A stretch of DNA of 64,000 nucleotides from Candidatus Saccharimonadota bacterium (GCA_019352195.1 JACAFG010000001.1:130485-194484), one strand, 5' to 3'; counted from the first letter of the stretch, positions 48,540 to 58,915 are shown. The notes: generated by a model not told the origin, from the letters alone. Numbers and translations: made by a program.

Positions 48540-49010
48540 ATGGCATCAAATCGTCACCTCGGCCGAATCGTTGCCATGCAAACGTTGTATGAGTTCGATT
48601 TCCGCGGTGGCGAGACTGAGCATGTCGAAATTGCGCCCATTTTGGAGCGCAATTTAGGCGAGTTTCGTTCGAGCATCGATGACACCGCGTTTGTTGAAGA
48701 CGTTGTTGCCGGTGTTCGCAGCAACCAAGACACCATTGATGGCGTTATTACGCCGGCCGCTCCCGAGTGGCCCATTGATCAGATTGCCAAAATCGATAAA
48801 GCGGTGCTTCGCATCGGTGTCTATGAACTCGTCATAAAACGCGACGTGCCGCCAAAAGTGGCTATTAATGAAGCTGTGGAACTTGCCAAAACCTTTGGCG
48901 GGGAAAACTCTAGTAAGTTCGTCAACGGCGTTTTGGGTACAATCTACCGCAACAGTGACTTCTATGAACCAGAAGAAGAGCCGGCGTCCCAGCCGAAACA
49001 ATCAAGCTAA
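48540..49010 (+). CDS. nusB: Transcription antitermination factor NusB
   Basis: [13 protein letters not shown]...; all-helical, 156 aa. Confidence 0.8.
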   Translation: MASNRHLGRIVAMQTLYEFDFRGGETEHVEIAPILERNLGEFRSSIDDTAFVEDVVAGVRSNQDTIDGVITPAAPEWPIDQIAKIDKAVLRIGVYELVIKRDVPPKVAINEAVELAKTFGGENSSKFVNGVLGTIYRNSDFYEPEEEPASQPKQSS

Positions 49011-49458
49011 GTCGGACCGTGCCAACCGGGCTGTCCGTGAATATACTGCTGGCGGCGTGGTCTATCGTCGTATCGAGGACCGAGTTGAGATTCTGATGAT
49101 TCAGGATCGACTTGGTCGTTGGACGATTCCCAAAGGTCACGTTGAGGCAGGCGAAAGTATCGACCAAACTGCGTTACGTGAAGTGGCCGAGGAAACCGGT
49201 TTAACCGAGTTTCGTTTGGGCGACAAACTCGACAAACTGCACTTTTTTTACCGCAAAGAGGGCAAGCTCATTTTTATGACGACGCACGTTTTCCTCATGG
49301 AAGCGCTTGGTGATACCGACGCCATCGTGCCCGAAGATTCCGAAGGTATTGCCGACGCCAAATGGTTTGACTCGGTGGAAGCCCTCAAACTCATTGAGTA
49401 CCGCGATACCGAAAAACTGTTCCGGCTTGGCCTCGAGAAAGTCTACGCCACTACATAA
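48964..49458 (+). CDS. NUDIX hydrolase
   Basis: Nudix box [23 protein letters not shown]. Start set to the internal ATG 48964; it overlaps the nusB 3' end. Confidence 0.75.
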   Translation: MNQKKSRRPSRNNQAKSDRANRAVREYTAGGVVYRRIEDRVEILMIQDRLGRWTIPKGHVEAGESIDQTALREVAEETGLTEFRLGDKLDKLHFFYRKEGKLIFMTTHVFLMEALGDTDAIVPEDSEGIADAKWFDSVEALKLIEYRDTEKLFRLGLEKVYATT

Positions 49459-49510
49459 TTCGATCGCCTTTTAACTATAAATTTATAACCAACAACGCTT
49501 AAGAAATGCT

Positions 49511-50230
49511 ATGATTAACACAAGTTCAATGACAATTGATGATTTTCAACACCGTCTCGGTGTCCAATTTAACGATATTAGCCTGCTTGAACGGGCATTT
49601 ATTCATCGCTCATATCTCAATGAGCACCCCAAACTCGGCCTCGAGCATAACGAACGCCTCGAGTTTTTAGGCGACGCCGTCCTCGAGCTTGCCGTAACCG
49701 ATTATTTATACCGAACTTTCCCTAACCCCGAAGGCGACCTTACCAACTGGCGGTCCGCCCTCGTAAAAACCGAGAGCCTGGCAGCCGTGGCCGAAGAACT
49801 CGATATTTTGCCCCTGTTCAAACTCAGCCGCGGTGAGACCAAGGGTAATGCCCGCTCACACGCGCTGATATCGGCTAACGCCGTTGAGGCGATTATCGGC
49901 GCAATTTATCTCGATCAGGGCTACGATGCTGCTCGCGGGTTTATTGCCGCGCAGATTATTGCCCGCCTCGACGAAATATTGTCTACCGGAGCGTGGATGG
50001 ACGCCAAAAGTCGCTTCCAAGAGTTGGCTCAAGAGCAGTTTGGTCTCACGCCTGCCTATAAAGTGCTGGGCGAAGAAGGTCCCGATCATGACAAAATTTT
50101 TACCATTGGCGTATATGTTGGCGACAAAGTCTTTGGTCAGGGCAATGGTTCGAGCAAACAAGCTGCCCAACAGGTAGCCGCGGCCGCCGCGCTTGAGTCC
50201 ATTGAGACTAAGTCCACCACAAAAGCTTAG
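49511..50230 (+). CDS. rnc: Ribonuclease III
   Basis: ERLEFLGDAVLELAV is the RNase III signature, with a C-terminal dsRBD. Confidence 0.9.
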   Translation: MINTSSMTIDDFQHRLGVQFNDISLLERAFIHRSYLNEHPKLGLEHNERLEFLGDAVLELAVTDYLYRTFPNPEGDLTNWRSALVKTESLAAVAEELDILPLFKLSRGETKGNARSHALISANAVEAIIGAIYLDQGYDAARGFIAAQIIARLDEILSTGAWMDAKSRFQELAQEQFGLTPAYKVLGEEGPDHDKIFTIGVYVGDKVFGQGNGSSKQAAQQVAAAAALESIETKSTTKA

Positions 50231-50252
50231 TCCAAAACCGCCTAACCAAATT

Positions 50253-50504
50253 ATGAGCGTATTGAAAACGGTCAAGACCAAGCCAACTACGGTCGTTAGC
50301 CGCATCAGCCGCATGATCGGTGTGGCGCTCATCCTTGTGGGGTGTATTAGTGCTGCTTTGGGCTTCTGGCTCACGGCAGGTTGGAGCATGTACGCCATTC
50401 TCGGAGGATTTATAAGCCTAATTGTCGGTGGTGTTCTCACTAAATTGTCTCAGGGACACGTGATCGAAGCGCTATTATCCGCTGTGTTTGGCGGCCAATT
50501 TTAA
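50253..50504 (+). CDS. Small membrane protein (2 TM)
   Basis: 83-aa ORF with two strong hydrophobic helices. Confidence 0.35.
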   Translation: MSVLKTVKTKPTTVVSRISRMIGVALILVGCISAALGFWLTAGWSMYAILGGFISLIVGGVLTKLSQGHVIEALLSAVFGGQF

Positions 50505-50682
50505 TAGTACCCGTACCTCTGCCAACTATGAGCGGCTGACGATTAGCGCAAAAAGTAGGCTCATTCGGATAGAAGTTGTGCATAAGTACAAAGTAATGGC
50601 ATTGATTACCTAATATTCTAGGGGTATAACACAAACATGAGCACAAAGTTGCGCTCATGCTCCACCCGACATCTCGAAGCGA

Positions 50683-51381
50683 GTGGCCTCCATGGTCACA
50701 AGGCGTTTCATTCTTGGCGGTACCTTAGTGCCGCAGTCTTGGGCCAACCGTATGTATCGCCCTTTGGCCAAGGCGGTTGGCGGCGCCGACATCATCGCGT
50801 TGCCCGAACTTGGCCTGCACGACATCGAAGCTGTCTGCCGAATAGTTACCAGCCGGCTCCTGTCGGAGCTACAACCGGGTGAAACCGCCGAGCTCTATTG
50901 TCACTCGCTGGGCGGTATTGTTGGTGTAATGGCCGCCGACCAACTGCCCGCGGTAACAAAAGTAGTCTCGCTTGGCTCGTCGCATCACGCGCTAGCAGCA
51001 ATCACACCTCTCGTCTGGCTGCAGGCGGCCGACGGGGTAGCGTCATGGCTACCCGAAATGTTTCGCCCGCTCGTTGACTTGATGGCGCCGGTTGCATGGT
51101 GTCAGCTCAAAAAAGGCAGCGCCTTCATGCAGGGCTACGCGCAAATCCTTCAACGGGTAATCGACAGCAATCGGGTGATTTCGGTAGCCAGTCATGGCGA
51201 TCAAGTGGTACCACTGCGATCGTCCCTGCTGGAGCGGGCTCCCAATGTCGTTCTGATGCCAGCGAGTCGAGCATTGCCGTTGGTAGCTGGCGGTTACAAC
51301 ATCCAAGTGGTCGAGTCATGTCGTGGCCGCTTGCAACGTGTAATCGCCCGCGAATCTGATAGGTTTGCGGGCGATTGTTGA
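50683..51381 (+). CDS. Alpha/beta-hydrolase fold protein
   Basis: Nucleophile elbow CHSLGG (GxSxG). About 230 aa; start uncertain. Confidence 0.5.
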   Translation: MASMVTRRFILGGTLVPQSWANRMYRPLAKAVGGADIIALPELGLHDIEAVCRIVTSRLLSELQPGETAELYCHSLGGIVGVMAADQLPAVTKVVSLGSSHHALAAITPLVWLQAADGVASWLPEMFRPLVDLMAPVAWCQLKKGSAFMQGYAQILQRVIDSNRVISVASHGDQVVPLRSSLLERAPNVVLMPASRALPLVAGGYNIQVVESCRGRLQRVIARESDRFAGDC

Positions 51382-51525
51382 ATTCTAACTTCGGAGACGG
51401 CGAGCCTCACCCTCCGAGCCCCATCCACTACAAGAAGTTGGAGTGTGCGCCCCGCCGAGTTCTAATGCTTATCTCTTACCGTCGAAATTTGCTACAATAA
51501 CGCTAATGGTGATGGCAAGTTTGGT

Positions 51526-54009
51526 ATGTATCTAAAACGAATTACAATTGTGGGCTTTAAGTCGTTTGCCAACAAGACCGTGCTCGATCTCGAGCCGGGA
51601 ATGACGGCTGTGGTTGGGCCAAATGGTTCCGGCAAAAGCAACGTTGCCGACGCTATTCGCTGGGCCCTGGGCGAGCAATCTAAAAGCCGCTTGCGTCTTG
51701 GTGACCGCGAAGAAGTTGTCTTTGCGGGCTCCGACAAGCGTGCTCGTGCCAGCTTGGCCGAAGTTGTATTGGTGTTTAATAACGACGCCGGTACTTTTCC
51801 GCTTGACGTCACCGAAGTCGAAATCAGCCGTCGCCTCTACCGGTCCGGCGAGACGGAATACCGCTTGGCCGGCCGACCAGTGAAACTTGGTGATTTGCAG
51901 CAACTTTTGGCCGAGGCTGGCTTTGGAGTTGGATCCTACGCCGTAATTGGGCAGGGGACAATCGACAGTTTGCTACTCTCGAGCCCCGCCGAGCGCAAGC
52001 TGCTGTTTGATGAAGCGGCTGGCATCCGCGGTCCCGAGCTCTCGCGTGAGGCATCCCTGCGCAAATTGGCGGCTACTGAGGCCAATTTGGTGCGTCTGCG
52101 CGATATTGCGGCTGAGTTATCACCGCGCTTGGCTGTCATCGAACGCTCTAAAGAGGCTCACTTAGAGCAAGAACGTTTGAGCGGGCGCATTGCAGACTTA
52201 AAACTAAGTATTATTGCTACGGCAAACCATGAACTAGCACTCAGGCGGCGCCAACAAACTGCCGACACGACTCACCTCGAACGCGCTAGCCACCAGCTTA
52301 GACACCAACTCACCGCAGCTCAGCACGCCCAGGCAAGCCAGCTCAATGCCGCTAGGCATGTTGAGGCTACAATTGCGGTTGCCCGTAAGGCCATTTCGGA
52401 GTTGGAGACCCGGCGCGACGGGGCTGCTCAAACGCTGGGTTCGGCGCAGGCACTCCTGGCGCAGACACTCCTTGAAGCGAGTAGCAGTGATGATCTCAAG
52501 CAGCGGTCCAGGCGTCTTACTGCCGAACTAACAGAGCTCGAATCGGCGATGCGCGATATTCGCGACGAGCTGGCGGCTAACCACCTATCGGCCAAGCGTG
52601 CTACCGCGGCTATTGAAGCGGCGGCCGTTCTGGTGGCCACGGCCCAATCTGAGCTGGTCGAAGTGCGCCAACAGTTAAGCGACGGCACTCGTTCGGCCTA
52701 TGTAAGTCATGCCCTGTCACTGGTGAAAGCCATGGCCCGTGAGCTTGAAGCTGAAAGTGTCGATTCTGAAACGATGCGTTTATTGGTATACAAGACGGGA
52801 CGTTTATTAAATCACGCCTCGCGTACGGGCGAATCCGACTTAGCGAGCCGGCTCAAAGGCGCGCAGTCCAAGCTTGAAAGCACTATGGCAAAGCGTGATA
52901 CCGCTACCGAACATCAGACTAACATTACCCTGTCGCGCCGCTCACTCGAGCTCGAAGAAATAGGGCTAGGCCGTGAGGCCGTGCATGCGGCGGCTGAGCT
53001 TGAAACCGTCACCCGCCAGCTAGTCGCGGCCCAGGACCACCATACGGCGACCGAGGAGCGGCGTCAGGCGGTGACAGTGGCCGAGGCCGACCTAGTGCAC
53101 CTTACCAGCGAACTGGTAGCGGCACGTCAATCACATATTGATGCGGCCGCGACCCCAGCGGCTGACATTGCTGACGCGGCGGCTCGTCTCGAGCGACTGC
53201 GGGCAGAGGCCTCGACAGCCGATCGGGCGCTCGCAAGCACACGCAGTCTTGAGGCCGACCTGACCGCTCGCCAGCATCACTATGACCAGCTGGCGCGCAG
53301 ATGGGGGATTGCCACGGCTAAGGGGAATGCCGGCGCGCAGCCGCTAGCTAGTCAAGAAGAAACGCTGGGACGCCTCGAAGGCGAACTGGCTGCTCGTATC
53401 CAGCTTGGCCATGACCTCAAGGTCGAATATGACGACGTTACCACACGCCAATTTGAGCTCACCACCCAAATTGCCGATCTCGAAGCCGCCAAAGCTGATC
53501 TCGAGGCCATGGTTATCAAACTTGCCGGCGTTATTGGAGATCGCTTCCGCGCTAATTTTGAACGTCTCGACGCCGAATTTGGACGGCAAGCCGCCCGCTT
53601 ATTTGACGGCGGATCGGCCGGCCTGTCGCTCGTCGAAGATGATACTGGTGAATATGGTATTCAGATAAAGCTCAGTCCCAAAGGCAAGCGTCTCGGTAGT
53701 TTGGCCGCGCTGTCAGGCGGCGAGCGCGCCATGGCCGGCGTAGCCTTGCTGGCGGCCATTTTGGTGGTTAATCCCAGCCCATTTGTGGTTCTTGATGAAA
53801 TCGACGCCGCGTTAGATGACGCCAACTCAGGGCGCCTCGCCGATATTATGGAGGAACTGGCTACCAAATCGCAGCTCATTGTCATTACCCACAATCGCCA
53901 AACGATGAAAGCGGCACGCGTATTATTTGGCGTTACTATGAACGAACACCACGTTTCGTATTTGTTGTCGCTTCATCTCGAGCAGGCCACACAGCTGGCT
54001 GCTCGTTGA
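51526..54009 (+). CDS. smc: SMC-family chromosome segregation ATPase, short with hinge reduced or absent
   Basis: N-terminal Walker A GPNGSGKSN and C-terminal signature LSGGERAMAGVAL plus Walker B VLDEIDAALD. The long Ala/Leu/Glu coiled-coil middle has no recognisable hinge G-box. 827 aa against about 1180 typical. Confidence 0.75.
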   Translation: MYLKRITIVGFKSFANKTVLDLEPGMTAVVGPNGSGKSNVADAIRWALGEQSKSRLRLGDREEVVFAGSDKRARASLAEVVLVFNNDAGTFPLDVTEVEISRRLYRSGETEYRLAGRPVKLGDLQQLLAEAGFGVGSYAVIGQGTIDSLLLSSPAERKLLFDEAAGIRGPELSREASLRKLAATEANLVRLRDIAAELSPRLAVIERSKEAHLEQERLSGRIADLKLSIIATANHELALRRRQQTADTTHLERASHQLRHQLTAAQHAQASQLNAARHVEATIAVARKAISELETRRDGAAQTLGSAQALLAQTLLEASSSDDLKQRSRRLTAELTELESAMRDIRDELAANHLSAKRATAAIEAAAVLVATAQSELVEVRQQLSDGTRSAYVSHALSLVKAMARELEAESVDSETMRLLVYKTGRLLNHASRTGESDLASRLKGAQSKLESTMAKRDTATEHQTNITLSRRSLELEEIGLGREAVHAAAELETVTRQLVAAQDHHTATEERRQAVTVAEADLVHLTSELVAARQSHIDAAATPAADIADAAARLERLRAEASTADRALASTRSLEADLTARQHHYDQLARRWGIATAKGNAGAQPLASQEETLGRLEGELAARIQLGHDLKVEYDDVTTRQFELTTQIADLEAAKADLEAMVIKLAGVIGDRFRANFERLDAEFGRQAARLFDGGSAGLSLVEDDTGEYGIQIKLSPKGKRLGSLAALSGGERAMAGVALLAAILVVNPSPFVVLDEIDAALDDANSGRLADIMEELATKSQLIVITHNRQTMKAARVLFGVTMNEHHVSYLLSLHLEQATQLAAR

Positions 54010-54198
54010 GACTAGGACAGCGGCCATAATCGCGTCAGGCCCTCCAGATAACGCCAATTCAAGGCAACAACAATAGCCGGCTAAGATGGTCGTACCACGG
54101 CGCCCAACCCGGTAGCTTTCGTTGGTTCTCTAAACTAAAACGGAACAAGCCCTACAATTAAGTTACGTGAATAACTTTAACTAAGGAGACTTGTTCCA

Positions 54199-55023
54199 AT
54201 GTATAGCTTACTGAATCTTTCTGGCGACAGCCAGGGTTGCCTGGATCTGGTTATTGCCAACGTTTATCCTGATGGACTGGTTTGCCCGTGGCTGCTACAT
54301 TCTTCGGTATTGGTCCGCGAAAAGTACCTGTGGTGCTCGTCATGCCGCCGTAAATGGTCCTTAAAACGTCAGTTTGGCTTTGGGTTCTCCAAGCTATCGT
54401 GGCGCCAGATCTTGGCTCTTATCATCTGTTGGCAGGGTAAGCATGCACCGGGCGACATTCAGATCGCCACCGGCTTGTCATATCCCACCTTGCAGCGCTG
54501 GTTGGAACGTCTACGCCGGAAGCTGCCGGATGGCAAAGCCGCTGCCCTAGCCGGAGAACTAGAAATCGATGATAGCTTCCTGGGCCACCAGAAACATGGT
54601 AACCAGGCGATTGTTAGTGGTGTGTTGGAACGGCAAACGGGAGCTATACGTCTCGCCGTCATACCGGATGTGGCCCAAGACAGTATCGAAGGCTTTCTTG
54701 ACCGGTACGCCGAAGTTGGGAGCTTAATCTACGCCGATGCCCATGCTTCACATGTCGGACTGGAAGACGTCGGCTATGGCTTAGTTCTCTGCAACCATGA
54801 CCGCGGCCACTTTGGGCCAACCAACCGGATTGAGAATGTTTGGAGCTGTTTGGACCGGTTTGTGATCCGGACCCGTGACCGGTTCTTGAAGCGCTTCTTA
54901 CCGGGTGTCCTACAAGAGTTTCAGGCCAGACGTAATCACCCGGAACTGTTTCGAGATCCCTTTACCTTACTTAAAGTATGGCTGTTCCGGTTTAGTGGAC
55001 AGAACCCTTTCGTTAACTGTTGA
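54199..55023 (+). mobile_element. IS1595-family (ISXO2-like) transposase ORF
   Basis: N-terminal Cys-rich zinc-ribbon-like region and the DDE_Tnp_IS1595 pattern (LEIDDSFLGHQKHG...SGVLERQTGAIRLAVIPD...GSLIYADAHASH). Imperfect inverted repeats aaaacggaacaag (54137) and cttt-attccgttg (55047) suggest an IS of about 920 bp. Confidence 0.65.
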
Positions 55024-55085
55024 CTCGCAAGCTTTTTTTAGGTAGACTTTATTCCGTTGTAATTAACTTTAACCAGGTAACTATC

Positions 55086-55604
55086 TTGCTCGTCATTCGC
55101 CTCGCTCGCACCGGCCGAAATAAGTACCCCACCTACCGCATCGTGGCGGCTGAAGCAGCGCGCGCAGCTACTGGTCAGTTTATTGCTGTGCTTGGTAACT
55201 ACAATCCTCATACCAAGGAACTCACTCTCAAGACGGATGAAATTAAGAAGCACCTCAGCAACGGGGCTCAGCCATCCAATACGGTGGTTAAGCTTTTGCA
55301 GCGCGAAAACGTTGAACTGCCGAGCTGGGTCAAGCTAAAAACTAAGGCGCCCAAAGTTACTGATGCACCCGCCGAGGAGGCAGTACCCGAAGCCGTCGCC
55401 GAAGCGGCCGCTCCCGTAGAAGCGCCTGCGGCCGAAGAAGTCCGCGTTGGTGAAGTGGCCGAAAGCGCTGCTACTGACACCGAAGACGCCGCTCCGAACA
55501 TCGGTACCACTGAAACTGCTGCGAGCGAAGAAGCAGCTGCGACTGACGCCGAAGCCGCCCAAGCTGCCGCCGCCGACGCTGCCAAAACTCCCAAAGCTGA
55601 GTAA
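55086..55604 (+). CDS. rpsP: 30S ribosomal protein S16 with long Ala/Glu/Pro-rich C-terminal extension
   Basis: TTG start, MLVIRLARTGRNKYPTYRIVAAEA...FIAVLGNYNPH matches S16. About 90 extra low-complexity residues follow (APAEEAVPEAVAEAAAPVEAPAAEE...). Confidence 0.75.
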   Translation: MLVIRLARTGRNKYPTYRIVAAEAARAATGQFIAVLGNYNPHTKELTLKTDEIKKHLSNGAQPSNTVVKLLQRENVELPSWVKLKTKAPKVTDAPAEEAVPEAVAEAAAPVEAPAAEEVRVGEVAESAATDTEDAAPNIGTTETAASEEAAATDAEAAQAAAADAAKTPKAE

Positions 55605-55695
55605 TTAAGCCTTACCTCAGTCGCCAGCGATCCTTCGGGATCGTTTTTTGGCTCATAAATGGTATGATAAATGCAACAAGCCTAAGGAGCGAGGA

Positions 55696-56061
55696 ATGGT
55701 GCCCGAACTAGATAGAGAATTTGTCGAGTACGTTGTAAAGGCTCTCGTAGCTCATCCTGAAGATGTCAGCGTTAAGCGATCAGTCGACGAAATGGGTGTT
55801 TTGCTCGAATTATCAGTCAATCCTGAAGATATGGGCAAGGTCATTGGCAAAGCAGGCGCCACCGCCAAGAGCATTCGTACTTTACTGCGCGTACTGGGTT
55901 CACGCAGTGACGAACGCGTCAATCTTAAGATCATCGAGCCTGATACCGCTAGCGACACTCCCGCGGCTATCGCTGAGTCACCGACCGAGGCGACCAAAGA
56001 GTCAGAGTTGGTTACCCGCGCTAAACAAGAGTTTGCTGATCTCGATGACCTCGACCTTTAG
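55696..56061 (+). CDS. KH-domain RNA-binding protein (YlqC/KhpA-like) in the rpsP-trmD cluster
   Basis: KVIGKAGATAKSIRTLL contains the GxxG KH motif. aaggag SD lies 6 nt upstream of ATG 55696. Confidence 0.7.
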   Translation: MVPELDREFVEYVVKALVAHPEDVSVKRSVDEMGVLLELSVNPEDMGKVIGKAGATAKSIRTLLRVLGSRSDERVNLKIIEPDTASDTPAAIAESPTEATKESELVTRAKQEFADLDDLDL

Positions 56062-56258
56062 AGCTCCCAGCCGCGTTGCCACCTGCGTTACTGCCCCAAC
56101 CTATTTGTAGGTAAGTGTCCGTCCTGTGCTCAATGTCTCCTGTCCTCTGATGACTTTCCAGCCCGACGTAGGCTAAGGGAAGCGTTTTTACAGGCCAGGC
56201 GATGCCGGAGGACGATTTTAGGTAAGCATATGACCCAAGACTGCTAACAGGATAAATT

Positions 56259-56936
56259 ATGGCCTTAACGATCGATATTATTACGCTTTTTCCGGACATG
56301 TTTAAGGGTCCGTTTGATATGAGCATGCTGTGGAAAGCCCAAGACAAGGGCCTGGTCAGTATTGGTATTCACGATTTGCGCCTGCACGGGCTGGGGGCCC
56401 GCCGCACCGTGGACGACACGCCCTACGGCGGCGGCGATGGCATGGTGTTGCGCTGCGAGCCAGTAGTTGCTGCCATCGAAGCGATCCGCCGGTCAGAAGG
56501 AGCGACCAAGGTTATCCTCATGACTCCCGCAGGTAAGCTGTTCAAACAAGCTGTGGCGGCGGATTTTGCCGCCCTCGATCAGCTCATCATTTTATGCGGA
56601 CACTACGAAGGTTTCGACGAACGAATCTTAGCGTATGTTGATCTCGAAGTTTCAGTAGGCGACTTCGTGCTAACCGGCGGGGAATTGCCGGCGATGCTTA
56701 TTACCGACGCCGTAGCACGCCTTATTCCTGGTGTCTTGGGCGGCGAAATGAGCGCGCATGATGAGTCATTCTCTGATCCTCATTTAGTTGAATATCCGCA
56801 TTACACCAGGCCGGTTGAGTTTCGCGGCCAAAGCGTACCCGAAGTTCTCCAAAATGGCCATCACAGCGAAATCGCCAAGTGGCGTTTAGATCAGTCGAAA
56901 GCTAAAACCGCGCGTAATCGTCCAGATCTTATCTAA
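56259..56936 (+). CDS. trmD: tRNA (guanine37-N1)-methyltransferase
   Basis: IDIITLFPDMF, GGGDGMV and the SPOUT knot region. Confidence 0.9.
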   Translation: MALTIDIITLFPDMFKGPFDMSMLWKAQDKGLVSIGIHDLRLHGLGARRTVDDTPYGGGDGMVLRCEPVVAAIEAIRRSEGATKVILMTPAGKLFKQAVAADFAALDQLIILCGHYEGFDERILAYVDLEVSVGDFVLTGGELPAMLITDAVARLIPGVLGGEMSAHDESFSDPHLVEYPHYTRPVEFRGQSVPEVLQNGHHSEIAKWRLDQSKAKTARNRPDLI

Positions 56937-56954
56937 CGGTAGCCCTGCACGGAC

Positions 56955-58139
56955 TTATTGCTCGATGTGATTCCATAGCTGACCGCTAAGCGAGGTAAAC
57001 GCGCTGTTAGCAGCTGCGGGTGTACCCCATGGTCCGCTCAACATCACCACAATGTAATTAGCCTTGGGGCCGTAAACAATACCGGCATCATGGATGTAGC
57101 CGTCCAGCTCGCCGGTCTTGTGGGCAATAACGGTACCGGCCGGTAGCCCACTTGGCAGCTGAGCATTGAGACTCTGGTTTTTCAGTAGGTCGATAAAGGC
57201 CGCGTTCGACGATGGCGAGTTAAGGGTGTTGCCGTAGAGACGACTATAGAGCTTCGCGATATCTTGAGGGCTCGATGTCGGATACGCCCCGGACAAATCG
57301 GTGGCCGTGTAGCCCTCCGCCTTTAGCCCAGCGTTGAGGTCGCCCCAGCCGACAATGTCGCCTAAAGCGTGCCCGCAGGTATTATCCGACACGGTAATCA
57401 TGGCGTTCAGACAGTCAGCAATGTTTTGCCCTGAGCCGCCCCCGGCATCTTGCCCGTAGGTCAGCTGACCAATGTCGATACGGTGATAAATCTCACTGGC
57501 CACAAATAGCTTGTATAAACTGGCCGCTTCCATTGGTGCGGCGCCATTAACACTGGCCGTTTCGCCGGTCGACAAATTAGTGACACTAATGCCGTACATA
57601 CTGCTGCCACCGGCAAAGCTCGTCAGGAGCGCCTGCAGACCGGTGTCTACCGGAGATGGAGCCACAGCCGGCGCCGTGCTCGCGGCGGCTCCAGGAGCAA
57701 TTACGTGTGCTGCCCGCGCAGTGGCCGGTGCCAAGGCCGTCGCGGTAGTATGAACAGCCGAGGCCGCCGTAACCACACCTACAGCCGTGAGCGTTGTCGC
57801 CACCAAGCTAAAGGTGGCAGCTTGACGCAAACGCTGCCAATCGTGCATCGCCGGAGCCACTGCAGGCGCAATATCCGCGAGCTCTGACGTTTGCATCACC
57901 GCTAGCATTTCGCGTGGCGACGGTACGTTGCGGCGAATACCATCGAGGCCAGTGCGGTAGGCTGCCCGAGGTACCATTTCTAATATCGGGGGCGTGCGCC
58001 GTACCGGTTTAACAATCGGCGAGCTTACCAGTCCCGTCCGTCTTACTCCATCCATCACCAGAGTCATGTCCATATTATAACCCTCATGCTTAACTATCAT
58101 CAAGACGCTCATGCTTAAGTAACGACAATTACGCTTCAA
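56955..58139 (-). CDS. Membrane-anchored class A beta-lactamase/penicillin-binding-like serine hydrolase
   Basis: SxxK (ASLYKL) and KTG (HKTGELDG) motifs, an N-terminal TM helix and an Ala-rich linker. Confidence 0.6.
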   Translation of the reverse strand: MKRNCRYLSMSVLMIVKHEGYNMDMTLVMDGVRRTGLVSSPIVKPVRRTPPILEMVPRAAYRTGLDGIRRNVPSPREMLAVMQTSELADIAPAVAPAMHDWQRLRQAATFSLVATTLTAVGVVTAASAVHTTATALAPATARAAHVIAPGAAASTAPAVAPSPVDTGLQALLTSFAGGSSMYGISVTNLSTGETASVNGAAPMEAASLYKLFVASEIYHRIDIGQLTYGQDAGGGSGQNIADCLNAMITVSDNTCGHALGDIVGWGDLNAGLKAEGYTATDLSGAYPTSSPQDIAKLYSRLYGNTLNSPSSNAAFIDLLKNQSLNAQLPSGLPAGTVIAHKTGELDGYIHDAGIVYGPKANYIVVMLSGPWGTPAAANSAFTSLSGQLWNHIEQ

Positions 58140-58178
58140 TTTAGAGCTATACTAAAGGGTAGTTAAGAGGATTCTAGC

Positions 58179-58622
58179 GTGAAATTACCAAACTTTCTGC
58201 CCGTCACCACTGTTTATGCTCACTGCGATTTGCCCTGCGGCATTTACGACCCCGCCCAAGCCCGCATTGAAGCCGCCTCGGTGTATGCCATCACCAAAAA
58301 ATATCTTGAAAATGAGGCGCCCGATTTTCGGACGCGCGCTCTCATCGTCAAAGAAGAGCGCGCCGAGCTCGTAAAGCACCATTTGTGGGTATTGTGGACC
58401 GATTACTTCAAGCCAGAGCATCTTGAAAAATACCCCCAGTTACACGATCTGGTTTGGAAGGCCACCAAAACAGCCGGCGATACCAAGCACCACACCGAGC
58501 TCGAAGTCGCCAAACAATTATTAGACCAAATTGACACCATCGGCGAAATTTTTGCCGCTACCAAGCCGGGCTACGACTACGCCGCCGTTATCAAAAACAC
58601 CAACTTGCAGGCTGGCCTTTAG
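58179..58622 (+). CDS. sodN: Nickel superoxide dismutase precursor
   Basis: After a 14-aa propeptide the sequence reads HCDLPCGIYDP, the NiSOD nickel-hook. About 130-aa mature four-helix bundle. Confidence 0.9.
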   Translation: MKLPNFLPVTTVYAHCDLPCGIYDPAQARIEAASVYAITKKYLENEAPDFRTRALIVKEERAELVKHHLWVLWTDYFKPEHLEKYPQLHDLVWKATKTAGDTKHHTELEVAKQLLDQIDTIGEIFAATKPGYDYAAVIKNTNLQAGL

Positions 58623-58624
58623 AC

Positions 58625-58915
58625 GTGCGCAGCCTTCGGCCGTTGGGGCTATACCGCGTTGCCGGCATGTCCATGGCACCCAGCTACCAGCCTGGTCAGA
58701 TTTTGATCGGCTGGCGCTGGGGCCGCGCACGCGCGGGTCGCGTAGCGGTAATACGTCACGGCCAGCCCATTATTAAGCGCCTCATTCACCGCATCCACAA
58801 CGACTGGTGGGTGGAGGGCGACAATAAAGCTGTCTCCACCGACAGCCGGCAATTTGGTCCCATTGCAGCCTCCGAGATAGAAGCTGTTATCATTTGGCCC
58901 AAGCCGCAAAGCTAA
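58625..58915 (+). CDS. sodX: NiSOD maturation peptidase (S26 signal-peptidase-like, SodX)
   Basis: GTG start 3 nt after sodN. GMSMAPSY is the S26 catalytic Ser motif, with a catalytic-Lys region (KRL). 96 aa. Confidence 0.75.
   Translation: MRSLRPLGLYRVAGMSMAPSYQPGQILIGWRWGRARAGRVAVIRHGQPIIKRLIHRIHNDWWVEGDNKAVSTDSRQFGPIAASEIEAVIIWPKPQS

Noticed and set aside
54120-55080. 8-bp target-site duplication for the IS1595 element
   Set aside because: Flanks taaact / taactt are similar but not identical, so I could not place exact IS termini by eye and no TSD is claimed.
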